64,000 nucleotides of DNA from Tepidisphaera sp. (lineage in GTDB: Bacteria; Planctomycetota; Phycisphaerae; Phycisphaerales; UBA1924), in the NCBI GenBank assembly GCA_050916045.1, contig CP051526.1, positions 1,056,001-1,120,000 on the forward strand, in the 5' to 3' direction. The translations under genes were made by a program, and so were the position numbers. How positions within the stretch are numbered: the first letter of the stretch is position 1; every line of letters starts with the position of its first letter. Below are positions 1 to 9,555 of the stretch, piece after piece. The notes beneath the pieces were generated by a model. It was given only the letters and a program-made list of their open reading frames with translations. It was not told the origin of the DNA and made no database searches.

Positions 1-220
1 AGACGGGGGGATGCCAGATCGCGAAGCCCGCGCCATCGCGCGGGCTCAGGCCGACCGTGAGCTGGGCCGAGCGTTGGTCCTTGGCAAGCACGACCACCAC
101 TCCGGTCTCGCCTCCGCGGGGAGCGTCGACCAGCCGCTGGATGTCCGCGAGCGATGTGATCCGATCGACGTGCGACTCGCCTTCGACACGCGTGGTCTCG
201 CGATGGTTGGACGGCTCCAT
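1..220 (-). CDS. Hypothetical protein, 5' part only (runs off window start)
   Basis: Manual translation gives MEPSNHRETTRVEGESHVDRITSLADIQRLVDAPRGGETGVVVVLAKDQRSAQLTVGLSPRDGAGFAIWH, open to the edge; TAGGAT lies 5 nt before the ATG. Confidence 0.55.
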   Translation of the reverse strand, partial: MEPSNHRETTRVEGESHVDRITSLADIQRLVDAPRGGETGVVVVLAKDQRSAQLTVGLSPRDGAGFAIWHPPV

Positions 221-326
221 GCGGCATCCTATTCGGGTGACGTGGTGCGCCACGCCAATCGGGCGGTCGGGCGGGAGCAAGATTTCGAGCTTCGGCGGCC
301 CTCGCTCGCTGGTACGATTGGTGGCG

Positions 327-773
327 ATGACGAGCCCACGCGACCCCGAGACGACGAAGGGCGAGTCGCGCCCGAGCGCGTGCCCGGCGTGCGGGTATGA
401 CATGGCGGGCGTGATGCACGCGACGTGCCCGGAGTGCGGGGCGGATGTCGCGAAGGAGCGGGCGCGGCTGGGGCCCCGCAAGAGCGTGCTTTGGGTGATC
501 GTGCCGCTGACGGCGGGATCGCTGGTGTGGACGTGCATCGGACAGGCCCCCTTCGCGCTGGCTTCGCATTACCCCTTCGACCCGTTCCGCTCGTCCACCG
601 CGTGGTTCGTGTGGGGGGTGATGGCCACCCATCTCGCCGCGCTCGCGGTCAGTCTGGCCCTTGTCCGGAAGATTTCACGAGCGGAGCACTCGACACACTC
701 AAAGCTCACGCTGGCTTCGTGGCTCCTGCTGACGGTGCCATTCGTGCTTCTTCTCTTCGTGATGAGGGCATAG
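327..773 (+). CDS. Membrane protein with N-terminal double CxxC zinc ribbon
   Basis: CPACGYDMAGVMHATCPECG followed by about 3 hydrophobic segments; ATG 327 chosen inside ORF 57..773. Confidence 0.7.
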   Translation: MTSPRDPETTKGESRPSACPACGYDMAGVMHATCPECGADVAKERARLGPRKSVLWVIVPLTAGSLVWTCIGQAPFALASHYPFDPFRSSTAWFVWGVMATHLAALAVSLALVRKISRAEHSTHSKLTLASWLLLTVPFVLLLFVMRA

Positions 774-1000
774 GCGGCGTGCCGTGAGCGTCGGTCGTTC
801 GTTGACCAAGTGGGGAGCGCCGAAGCGGCCGTTCCTCGCCACCCCGCCCATGTTTGTCCGCCTTTCTCCTCCCTGTGCCTCCGCGCCTCGGTGATGAGCC
901 TTCTTCTGTCCCGGCGGGAGAGCGATCTGTGCGGACAGGAGCCGCTTCTGTCCGCAGCGCTGCGGTCTCTGTCCGGAGAGCAAGGAAGCGGCTCGGGAGG
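774..1000. repeat. Intergenic patchwork of REP-like/palindromic fragments
   Basis: ctgtgcctccgcgcctcggtga (~873-894) resembles the right arm of the element at 27547-27655; tctgtccg-like words recur at 905-980. Confidence 0.35.
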
Positions 1001-1312
1001 GGCGTGGGCGTGTTCGCGGATGGAGCGGGGGCCGTCCGAAGAGGAGCGATAACGCTCCGGGCGGCCCTCGTTCCCGCGCGGGCACCCGAACCTTGAGTTG
1101 TCTGCGGGTGGGGCGAAGTGTGTCATCGAGCACACTGTTGTGCCAAAGTTGGAGCAGACATATCATATTGCAAGTCAGGGCGGAGCAGGGAGTGCTCTAA
1201 GCAAGGCACACGCGAAAAAACTGGAGGGGAGTCATCCTTTCGGTCCGATATCGGGACTTCGTGGCGGCACGTTGTGTGTCGTGGGAGTTCACAGCTTGCG
1301 AAGGAGGTTCCG

Positions 1313-2413
1313 ATGCGGAAGAACGCGAAGGTGATCGCATGGCTTTCAGTGGTCGGGGCGGCGGTTGCGGGGTGGGGAGGCGAGGCGCGGGCGCAGATCG
1401 ATCCCCCGGGCAAGCCCCGGTGGACGGAGTGTCGCACGACGCCGGGCTGGTGGGATTCGCTCTGGACGTGCCGTGTCTGCTCCCCCGGGTATTACACGGA
1501 CACGTACTGCTTCGGGTTCTCCGACGGTGAGCAGGCGTGCTGCGGCGTGACGCTGAACCTGGGCACCGGCGAGGAGGTCACGGTGGTCGGGAGTTTCGAG
1601 TACTGCGGGGCGACGGTCGGCTTGTCGGTGACGGATGTCGAGTACAAGGAAGTCGGCATCACCGCGGGCGAGTGCGAGTGCTGCTCGCTTGAGGTCTGCT
1701 TCCCCGGCGGGCAGGTCCGGGTCTGGGAATGCTCGCGGCGGGTGCCCAAGAAGTGGGGTTGGCGCTGGGTGCACGACGGGCTGGCGCGGTGCCGTGAGTA
1801 CACGGTGATCGAGTGGGGTACGGAAACGTACTACGAGTCGGAGTTCATCCCCGGCGGGCCGGCGGTGTACGCGCCCAAGTGCGCGGACGCGTCGGCGTTC
1901 TGCACGGCTCAGGGTCGGGACTGCGACGACAAGAAGCACCACGCCGAGGAGGGGTTCGAGGTCTTCACCGAGGCCGCGCCGCAGGTCGCGGTCTGGTCCA
2001 TCTCGGCCGAGTCCGTCCGGGACCGCGTCTTTCAGGGCGAGATCCGAGGCCTCGAGGATCTCTCGCTGCTCCAGCTCCGGATCCTGCGCCACCTGGCCGA
2101 GAAAGGAACGGGGGCGCTTCCGGTGACCGAGGACGGGGCTCGCGCGAGCCTGATCTTCGCGGATGGGACGACGTTCGCGGCCGAGCCGGGCGACTTCCTG
2201 GCGACCCTCGAGAAGTACCAGAACGATCTCGTGAACTCGTCGGGGTTCTACGACATCAACCGCGACGGCTTCTTCGAGGTGCACGACGCCTTCGCGTTGT
2301 ATGATTACGTCGTGACGGGCGAGAACGGCGCGGAGTGGCCGACGTGGGCCGACCTCAACGCCGACTCGCTGGTCAGCGACTCGGATCTCGAGCAGCTGGT
2401 CGCTCACCTGTAA
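1313..2413 (+). CDS. Secreted Cys-rich protein with C-terminal EF-hand/dockerin-like pair
   Basis: SD GGAGG, signal peptide ending ARA-Q, many Cys in the N-terminal half, DINRDGFFEVHD and DLNADSLVSDSD loops at the C-terminus. Confidence 0.8.
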   Translation: MRKNAKVIAWLSVVGAAVAGWGGEARAQIDPPGKPRWTECRTTPGWWDSLWTCRVCSPGYYTDTYCFGFSDGEQACCGVTLNLGTGEEVTVVGSFEYCGATVGLSVTDVEYKEVGITAGECECCSLEVCFPGGQVRVWECSRRVPKKWGWRWVHDGLARCREYTVIEWGTETYYESEFIPGGPAVYAPKCADASAFCTAQGRDCDDKKHHAEEGFEVFTEAAPQVAVWSISAESVRDRVFQGEIRGLEDLSLLQLRILRHLAEKGTGALPVTEDGARASLIFADGTTFAAEPGDFLATLEKYQNDLVNSSGFYDINRDGFFEVHDAFALYDYVVTGENGAEWPTWADLNADSLVSDSDLEQLVAHL

Positions 2414-2455
2414 CGAGCCGCCGGCCCGCCGGACCGGCTTGGGAGCGGCGATGCG

Positions 2456-3673
2456 ATGATCACCCATCTCGTGAGCGCCATCATCCCCAGTCCCGCCGGC
2501 GTTCTGAACGAGGCGTGGCGCTCCGGGCCGCAAGCGGCCCGGAGCGGCTTATGGACGTGGCTCGAGACCCCGACGCGGCTGGGGCTCGGGCCCTCGGACG
2601 TCGATCGGGCGGCGGCGGGCTGGGCCATGGGGGCGCTGGTGCTCTCGGTTCTGGCGTTCAAACTTGTTCCGGCGGACGGGTCGTCCGCGCTCGGGGGCGG
2701 CGTTCCCGGGGCGGGCGTGCGTCGCGACCTGCGTCTTGCGGCGGTGGCGATGGGGCTGTGTGCCGCCTTCGCGGCCGCGATGGGATGGACCAGGCGGACG
2801 CACGCGCTCGGGGAGGCGATGGTCACACTCTCGCCCGGGATCGCCCTCCTCGCGGGGGTGCTGCTGATCGCGGTCCTGCTCGCTCGCAAGCTCGGACGCG
2901 TGGATCGCGGAGCGTGCGTCGGCTGCGGGTACCCGCTGCCCGAACCCGCAAGCCGGTGCCCCGAGTGCGGCCTTCAGGACGTTCCCGACAGCGAGGCGGC
3001 CGCTCAGGTGTCACGGCCCGCGTTGTTCCCCGGGGGGTTCCGCGTGCTCGTCCGAGGCGGCGCTGCAACGGCGCTCGCTCTTGCCTGCTTTCATCTCCTC
3101 GCCGCGCTGATGCCGATGCCGTCGGTGCTCCGGCCGTCGTCGGTCGTGACGGGGACGAACACGGGCGTGGCCGGACCCGCCGGCGGTCTGCGGTTCGTGA
3201 GCTGGCGCACGGCCCGGGCGGTCGCTTCCCCGTGGTTCGTGCTCGAGGGGCCGGAGTGGTTCCGCGTCGCGATCGTGCACCGGCAGCAGGACCAGACCGG
3301 GTACGCCTGCCTGGCGTTCAACGGGGATGAGTCGAAGGCGGGGATGATCGAGGGCTCGTTCGCCAAGCCGCCCGCGGGGTGGGTCGAGATATCCCCGGCG
3401 AGCGTCCGCGATCTCCTCGCGCGGGGCGGGCTGACCATGACGCCCGAGGATGAGCCGGTCATCCACGCGATGCTGCTTCAGATGCAAGCCAACTTCGGCC
3501 GCGTAGAAGGGGCTCCGCAGGTGACCCCGCCGAACATGACCCAAGGACGGTCGGTTCTGCGCACGGCCGACAACCGCCGCTTGGAGCCCACGCGGTTCTC
3601 GGTTCTTGCTTTGGCGGCCGTCTCCCTCCTGGTGGGAGCGGGGGCGGTCGCTCGGGGGCGGGCGGCGGCGTAG
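2456..3673 (+). CDS. Multi-pass membrane protein with internal zinc ribbon
   Basis: Several TM segments; CVGCGYPLPEPASRCPECG; C-terminal TM. Confidence 0.7.
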   Translation: MITHLVSAIIPSPAGVLNEAWRSGPQAARSGLWTWLETPTRLGLGPSDVDRAAAGWAMGALVLSVLAFKLVPADGSSALGGGVPGAGVRRDLRLAAVAMGLCAAFAAAMGWTRRTHALGEAMVTLSPGIALLAGVLLIAVLLARKLGRVDRGACVGCGYPLPEPASRCPECGLQDVPDSEAAAQVSRPALFPGGFRVLVRGGAATALALACFHLLAALMPMPSVLRPSSVVTGTNTGVAGPAGGLRFVSWRTARAVASPWFVLEGPEWFRVAIVHRQQDQTGYACLAFNGDESKAGMIEGSFAKPPAGWVEISPASVRDLLARGGLTMTPEDEPVIHAMLLQMQANFGRVEGAPQVTPPNMTQGRSVLRTADNRRLEPTRFSVLALAAVSLLVGAGAVARGRAAA

Positions 3674-3756
3674 AACCTGAGAAATCCGCAGAATTCGGTT
3701 GCAACCGTCGGGCGGACTTGAGAGAATGGACGTCGGCCGTTCAACGGAGTTTCACG

Positions 3757-4668
3757 ATGCGTCATGGGATGTTGCAGGCGGGAATGTCGCGGGCGGACGT
3801 GCTGGCTTTGGTCGCGGGATCGGTGGTCGTCGGGTGTCTCGGGGTCTCGATGACCATCGCGGACCCCTCCGGCCGGGGCGAACGGCTTTCGGAAAGCCTG
3901 TCCAACCTGCGGGCGATCGGCTCGGCGATGGGGCAGTACCGCGCGGACAACGCCGGGTACACGCCGCTGGAGGGGACGACCACGAGGCGGCGGCCGAATG
4001 AGCAGCAGCTCGAGGGTCTGTGCGGCTGGCAGTTTGGCGGGAAGAACACCAGCGCGTTCTGGTTCGGACAGTTCGGCGGCTCCTTCGACATCGAAGCGGC
4101 GGACCGCCCGCTCAATCCGTACCTCTATCCGGAGTTCACCTTCACCGCGCCCGCGCCGCCCGCCCGGCTCGCGTCCAACGCGCCGCAGCGCTCCGCGCAC
4201 CAGGCCCGCGTCTTCCGCGACCCGGCGGACCTCAACAGCCGCCAGCGCCGCTGGCCCGACCCGAACAACCCGCCGATCTCAACCTACGACGACGTGGGCA
4301 CGTCGTACCTGTTCAACCTCGCGTGGCTCAATCAAGTCGGCGGGTTGAACGTGCGATCGCTCCGCAGCGCGACGGCGCGGCTCGCGACCGATCAGGGTGT
4401 GGACCCGGCCCGCTTCGTGTACCTCGCCGATGGTGTCGCGGAGGTGGTGCTGTACCAGCCCAATCCCGGGTTCCGCCTGATGGGCAACCACGGCGTGGAG
4501 AACGCGGGCGTCACGCTCTTTGCGGATGGCCATTCGGGGCTCGTGACGTACCGGCCGGGGATGACGCGGGCCTCGCGGGTCAACGAGGTGTACTCGGTCC
4601 TGTTCGAGGATCTGGGGCGGCCGGGCGGGCTTGAGCGCCGCGGGCTTCCAGAGTCGGTCTCTCGCTGA
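3757..4668 (+). CDS. Degenerate prepilin-type / H-X9-DG (DUF1559-like) protein
   Basis: GMSRADVLALVA pilin-like start, SLSNLRAIGSAMGQY helix, SYLFN, H...VTLFADGH; SD GGAG. Confidence 0.75.
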   Translation: MRHGMLQAGMSRADVLALVAGSVVVGCLGVSMTIADPSGRGERLSESLSNLRAIGSAMGQYRADNAGYTPLEGTTTRRRPNEQQLEGLCGWQFGGKNTSAFWFGQFGGSFDIEAADRPLNPYLYPEFTFTAPAPPARLASNAPQRSAHQARVFRDPADLNSRQRRWPDPNNPPISTYDDVGTSYLFNLAWLNQVGGLNVRSLRSATARLATDQGVDPARFVYLADGVAEVVLYQPNPGFRLMGNHGVENAGVTLFADGHSGLVTYRPGMTRASRVNEVYSVLFEDLGRPGGLERRGLPESVSR

Positions 4669-4677
4669 ACCCGAGCG

Positions 4678-5781
4678 TCACGCGATCGCCGTGCTCGACT
4701 CGCGCACGACCAGGTGCGTGGGCACCTTGACGAGCGTCGGCGTGGTGGCGCGGTTCTCGAGCCTCCGCACCAGCATCGAGATCGCCGTCGCGCCCACATC
4801 CGCCATCTGCAGCGCGACGGTGGACAGGCTCGGGCGGATCAGCCGCGAGAGCTGCGTGTCGTCGAAGCCGACGATGCGGAACTGGTCGGGGACCTTGAGG
4901 GAGGCGTGCTCGGCCGCCCGCATGATGCCCACCGCGATCTCATCGTTGCCCGCGAGGACGCCGCTGCCGGCGAGCTTGGCCGCGCCGCCGGCGACCTGGG
5001 CGTGGCGGAGGAACCACTCGCGGCCCCACTCGACGGCGAAGTCGCCGAAGATGACCTGGTCGGGCGTGGCTTTGTGCCCGTGCTTGGCGAGAGCGGCGAT
5101 GAACGCCGCGGCGCGGCGCTGCGTGTCGTAGTTGTCGGTGGGCCCGCCCGCGAAGGCGAGCTTGCTCGGCGGCATCCAGCGGAGGAGGTGCTCGACGGCT
5201 TCCATCGTGCCCTTCTCGTTGTCGATGACGACGCTGTCAAGGCCCTGAGCCGTCAGGTCGGTCACGATCGAGACGGTGGGGAGGCCCGACTCGATCGCGT
5301 CGCGCCAGAGGGGGTTCTCGGCTTTCTCGATCATGAGGACGGTGCCTTCGACGAGGCGCGAGCCGACGATGCGGTTGCGCCGCTTGCCGTCGGGCATGGT
5401 CGTGATCGAGGTGACCATGAGGTGGTAGCCGAGGCGGACGGCTTCCTCGTCCGCGCCCTGGAGGAGTTCGGTGAAGAACTCACCCTGGAACCACGGGAGG
5501 GCGATGCCCAGGACGCGCGTGTCGCCGGAGTTGAGGCCGCGGGCCATGGGGTTTGGGATGTAGCCGAGCTCTTCGACGGCTTTGCGGACGCGCGACGCGG
5601 TGTCGGGGGAGACGTCGGCGGATTTGTTCATCACGCGCGAGACGGTCGCGATGGAGACGCCCGCGTGGGCCGCGACCTGGCGGATGGAGACCGGCCGCTG
5701 CTCGGGCCGACGATCGCCTTCGGAGGAGTGGCTTGAAGACGAGGAGGGCGGGAGGGGCGTGCCGGGAGGGGGGACGTTCAT
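4678..5781 (-). CDS. LacI-family transcriptional regulator
   Basis: SIRQVAAHAGVSIATVSRVMN HTH, LGYIPN, IVGFDD, PSLSTV, LVVRES. Confidence 0.95.
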   Translation of the reverse strand: MNVPPPGTPLPPSSSSSHSSEGDRRPEQRPVSIRQVAAHAGVSIATVSRVMNKSADVSPDTASRVRKAVEELGYIPNPMARGLNSGDTRVLGIALPWFQGEFFTELLQGADEEAVRLGYHLMVTSITTMPDGKRRNRIVGSRLVEGTVLMIEKAENPLWRDAIESGLPTVSIVTDLTAQGLDSVVIDNEKGTMEAVEHLLRWMPPSKLAFAGGPTDNYDTQRRAAAFIAALAKHGHKATPDQVIFGDFAVEWGREWFLRHAQVAGGAAKLAGSGVLAGNDEIAVGIMRAAEHASLKVPDQFRIVGFDDTQLSRLIRPSLSTVALQMADVGATAISMLVRRLENRATTPTLVKVPTHLVVRESSTAIA

Positions 5782-5834
5782 GGCCGCTCATGGTAGTGGG
5801 GCTGGGCCCGGCCATGTTGGCGGTGGGGGCTCGA

Positions 5835-6698
5835 TCAGACCGCGGGGTACGACGCGGAGGTCCGGTCGCTCTCCCAGACCGTCATCTGGACAAGCCGCCC
5901 CCCGCCCGCTTCGGCGATCTTGGGGGCGAGGCGGTCAAAGAAGACCTTCGCGATGTTCTCGACGCTGGGCACCACGCCCCCGCGCTCCGCGTCAAACTCC
6001 GGGGTGTCGACGTTGAGGTACGTGTGGTCGTACCGGTCCAGGAGCACCTCCTTGCAAAGGTGTTCCAGGCCCTGCACCGAAAGCTGCGAGGGGGCGGCGG
6101 ACACCGGCACCTCGACGCACGGCTCAAAGATGTAGTTGTGCCCGTGCCCGTTGGCGTGATTGCACTTGCCGAAGGCCCGGCGGTTCTCCTCGATCGAGAG
6201 CGAGGGGACGTGCAGGCGGTGGCTTGCCGCGAACTCAAACCGCTGGCGGAAGAGCACGCTTGGAACAGTGGATGCGGATGGACGTGCATCGTTCACGATG
6301 GTCTCCAGACTGAGGTACGGCGTCAGACGCCAGCGGAGCGAAGCCAGGATGCCCCCAAGCTCAAGGCGGAGGGCTTCCCCGGCGGTCGTCAAGACCAGCG
6401 GCAGGTTGATCTTCGCGGAAGAAGCGACCGAACGCCGCAAAGCCTCCGCAACGATGGGCGCAACCGCCCGCCGGACCGCCCGGTCGATCACCTTGATGTC
6501 CACGAGGTACGCGAGCGTCGGGTCCACCGGTCCCACACAGCGCACGTCGAACTGCTCATACCGGCCCAGACCGGTGAGGGAAGGTGTGCCGGCGTAGCCG
6601 TTGACGACGCTGGTGAGCGTCTCGTACCCGGGCAACCCCTCTCCGCCAGGACTGGTATGATCTACACTGAACCGAACTGCTCTGCACAATTCGTACAT
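5835..6698 (-). CDS. 6-pyruvoyl/6-carboxy-tetrahydropterin synthase family protein, two T-fold-like domains
   Basis: FAASHRLH, CNHANGHGHNY, DHTYLN, PSVENIA, VWES in the C-terminal domain; degenerate N-terminal domain. Confidence 0.85.
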   Translation of the reverse strand: MYELCRAVRFSVDHTSPGGEGLPGYETLTSVVNGYAGTPSLTGLGRYEQFDVRCVGPVDPTLAYLVDIKVIDRAVRRAVAPIVAEALRRSVASSAKINLPLVLTTAGEALRLELGGILASLRWRLTPYLSLETIVNDARPSASTVPSVLFRQRFEFAASHRLHVPSLSIEENRRAFGKCNHANGHGHNYIFEPCVEVPVSAAPSQLSVQGLEHLCKEVLLDRYDHTYLNVDTPEFDAERGGVVPSVENIAKVFFDRLAPKIAEAGGGRLVQMTVWESDRTSASYPAV

Positions 6699-6789
6699 CG
6701 TGTAGACTGTACGAGACGTCAGGAGGCAGGGCGCGCGCCCGGCCAGGATCGAAGGCATGGGTGGAACCCACCCTACAGGAGGCTCAGAC

Positions 6790-6954
6790 ATGAAGAAATT
6801 GGTCACTATCGTCCTTCCCGTTGCGATTCTGGCTGCGGCCGGCGTCGGTCTTGTGGGCTGCGAAGAGAAGAAGGCCGCCCCCAAGCCCGCGGACGTCAAG
6901 CCCGCGGATGTCAAGCCCGCCGACGCGGCCCCGGCTCCCGCTGAAAAGAAGTAA
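6790..6954 (+). CDS. Small lipoprotein with KPADV repeats
   Basis: SD AGGAGG, MKK + hydrophobic stretch + LVGC lipobox, Lys/Pro/Ala tail, own terminator. Confidence 0.8.
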   Translation: MKKLVTIVLPVAILAAAGVGLVGCEEKKAAPKPADVKPADVKPADAAPAPAEKK

Positions 6955-6985
6955 TCCGGGAGCTCGCATCTCAGCGAAGTACCTG

Positions 6986-7022
6986 CACGGCCGTCCCCAT
7001 CGGGGGCGGCCGTGTCCTTTTT
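6986..7022 (+). terminator. Rho-independent terminator
   Basis: cacggccgtcccc-atc-gggggcggccgtg then T-run. Confidence 0.7.
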
Positions 7023-7113
7023 GCCGATTCCGAGCCCGAACGATCGCTTGCGGCCCGCCACAGAAGCGTCAAGCCTGGCCTAGTGTTTTCCCCGAACCTC
7101 ACAGGAGCCTTTC

Positions 7114-7866
7114 ATGACCCGCGCAGCCGCTTTGGCCCTCTCCGCGTTCGTCCTGCCCGTGGCCCTGGCCCAGCCCGCCACCCAGCCCGCCACCCAGCCT
7201 GCCACCCCGCCCGCCAGCCAGCCCGCGGAGAAGCCGGCAGAGACCAAGCCCGCTGACGTCAAGCCCGTCGAAACCAAACCGGCGGCCGAAGCTCCGAAGG
7301 AACCCGCCAAGCCCGCCGACCCTTACGTCCTTGGCTTCACCGTCACCGACATCGACGGCAAACCGCAAAAGCTCGACCAGTACAAGGGCAAGGTCATCCT
7401 CATCGTCAATGTCGCCAGCGAGTGCGGCCTCACCGCGCAGTACAAGAACCTCCAGAAGCTCTTTGACGACAAGAAGGACAAGGGCCTGGTGATCCTCGCG
7501 TTCCCCGCCAACGACTTCGCGGGGCAGGAGCCCGGCAAGGACTCGGACATCAAGTCCTTCTGCGAGAAGGAATACAGCGTCACCTTCCCCCTCTTCTCCA
7601 AGGTCTCCGTCAAGGGCGACAAGCAGCACGCGCTCTTCAAGCAGCTCGTCGCGCAGCCCAAGCCTCTCGGCGGGGATCTCGCTTGGAACTTCACCAAGTT
7701 CATCGTGGACCGCGAGGGCAAGGTCGTCGCTCGCTTTGAGCCTCGCATCGATCCCTCGGACTCCAACCTCGTCAAGAAGGTCGACGAACTCCTCGCCAAG
7801 GATGCTCCCAAGTCCAAGGAAGCGCCCACGCCCGAGGCCAAGCCCGCGGTTCCGCCATCCAAGTAA
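7114..7866 (+). CDS. Glutathione peroxidase family protein (Cys type) with signal peptide and Pro/Ala linker
   Basis: NVASECGLTAQY, FPANDF..QEPG, WNFTKF. Confidence 0.93.
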   Translation: MTRAAALALSAFVLPVALAQPATQPATQPATPPASQPAEKPAETKPADVKPVETKPAAEAPKEPAKPADPYVLGFTVTDIDGKPQKLDQYKGKVILIVNVASECGLTAQYKNLQKLFDDKKDKGLVILAFPANDFAGQEPGKDSDIKSFCEKEYSVTFPLFSKVSVKGDKQHALFKQLVAQPKPLGGDLAWNFTKFIVDREGKVVARFEPRIDPSDSNLVKKVDELLAKDAPKSKEAPTPEAKPAVPPSK

Positions 7867-7960
7867 ACGGCAGGTGAATTCCCCACCGCATGCCCCGGAA
7901 TTCTGGTCCGAGCGGCCTCCAGGCGCGTGAAGTTCGCCGGGATCGTCCTACGCTTGCCGC

Positions 7961-9502
7961 ATGATTCGCGACGTCCTTCGTGACCTCGGGCTGGCCAACG
8001 ATCCCCGTCTCATTCTCGATGCGAAGGGGCCCGCGGGCGTATCGCCCGATGGCTCGTTCGTGGTCTCCGAGAACCCCGCGACGGGACAGCCGCTCGCCGG
8101 CGTCCGCCTCGACGACGCCCACGCGTGCGACCGCATCGTCGCCGAGAGCGTCGATGCGTTCAAAGCCTGGCGCGAGGTGCCGGCTCCGGTCCGCGGACAG
8201 GTCGTCCGCGTCATCGCCGATGAGTTCCGCCGGCTCAAGGAACCCCTGGGCAAGCTCGTCAGCCTTGAGGTGGGCAAGATCCTGCAGGAAGGCCTCGGCG
8301 AGGTTCAGGAAACCATCGACATCGCCGACTTTGCCGTCGGCCTGTCGCGCCAGCTTCCGGGGAGCATGTTCCCGAGCGAGCGGCCGCAGCACAAGATGTA
8401 CGAGCAGTGGCTCCCGCTTGGTCCCATCGGCGTGATCACCGCGTTCAACTTCCCCAACGCGGTGTGGGGTTGGAACGCGATGCTGGGGGCGATCTGCGGT
8501 GATTCGACGATCTGGAAGCCGAGCCTGATGGCTCCGCTCACGGCGGTTGCGACCAACGCGATCGCGGAGCGCATCGCGACGAGCATGGGGCATCCCGGCA
8601 TCTTCAAGCTTGTGATCGGCACCGACGATCAGGTCGGCGAGCGTCTCGTACGCGACCGCCGCATCCCGCTCATCAGCGCGACGGGTTCGTGCCGGATGGG
8701 CCGCGCGGTGGGCGCGGTGGTCGCGGAACGGCTCGGCCGCTGCCTGCTTGAGCTCGGCGGCAACAACGCGATCATCGTGGACCCGACGGCGGACCTCGAG
8801 GTCGCGATCCCGTCGATCGTGTTCGGCGCGGTCGGAACCGCCGGCCAGCGCTGCACGACGACACGGCGGCTGATCCTCCACAAGTCGATCGCCGAGAAGG
8901 TTGTGGAACGCTTGGTGCGAGCGTACAAGACGATCACGCTGGGCGACCCCCTTTCGCCATCGACACTGGTGGGCCCGCTGATCAACCAGCGTTCGGTGGA
9001 CGGGTTCCACCACGCGGTGCGGCTGGCGCAGCAGCAGGGCGGCAAGGTGCTCGCGGGCGGCAACGCGCTCGACCGCGGTCCGGCCGGCGGGTACTTCGTG
9101 CAGCCGACGATCATCCAAGCACCGCCCGATAACCGACTTCCGATTTCCGACGAGGAGACGTTCGCCCCCATTCTCTACGTCTTCACGTACGAGACGCTCG
9201 ATGAAGCGATCGCGATGAACAACGGCGTCCAGCAGGGGCTGAGCTCGGCGATCTTCACCGATAGCGTCCGTGCGGCCGAGCGGTTCCTGTCACCCTCGGG
9301 GTCGGGGTCGGATTGCGGCATCGCGAACGTCAATCTGGGGACCAGCGGCGCCGAGATCGGCGGGGCCTTCGGCGGGGAGAAGGAGACCGGCGGCGGGCGT
9401 GAGTCCGGGTCGGACTGCTGGAAGATCTACATGCGGCGTCAGACGACGACGATCAACGCTGGGGCGTCCGTGCGGCTGGCGCAAGGGATACAGTTTGGCT
9501 GA
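7961..9502 (+). CDS. Aldehyde dehydrogenase, ALDH7/aminoadipate-semialdehyde dehydrogenase-like
   Basis: ITAFNFP, LELGGNN, GTAGQRCTT, ETFAP, GAEIGGAFGGEKETGGGRESGSD. Confidence 0.93.
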   Translation: MIRDVLRDLGLANDPRLILDAKGPAGVSPDGSFVVSENPATGQPLAGVRLDDAHACDRIVAESVDAFKAWREVPAPVRGQVVRVIADEFRRLKEPLGKLVSLEVGKILQEGLGEVQETIDIADFAVGLSRQLPGSMFPSERPQHKMYEQWLPLGPIGVITAFNFPNAVWGWNAMLGAICGDSTIWKPSLMAPLTAVATNAIAERIATSMGHPGIFKLVIGTDDQVGERLVRDRRIPLISATGSCRMGRAVGAVVAERLGRCLLELGGNNAIIVDPTADLEVAIPSIVFGAVGTAGQRCTTTRRLILHKSIAEKVVERLVRAYKTITLGDPLSPSTLVGPLINQRSVDGFHHAVRLAQQQGGKVLAGGNALDRGPAGGYFVQPTIIQAPPDNRLPISDEETFAPILYVFTYETLDEAIAMNNGVQQGLSSAIFTDSVRAAERFLSPSGSGSDCGIANVNLGTSGAEIGGAFGGEKETGGGRESGSDCWKIYMRRQTTTINAGASVRLAQGIQFG

Positions 9503-9555
9503 GGAGAAACGGGGAGGCGCTCGCCGCGGGCCGCGTCCGAACCCCTGTTAGCACC

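Noticed and set aside
1150..1180. dif site
   Set aside because: AT-rich but no convincing XerD arm (TTATGTTAAAT).
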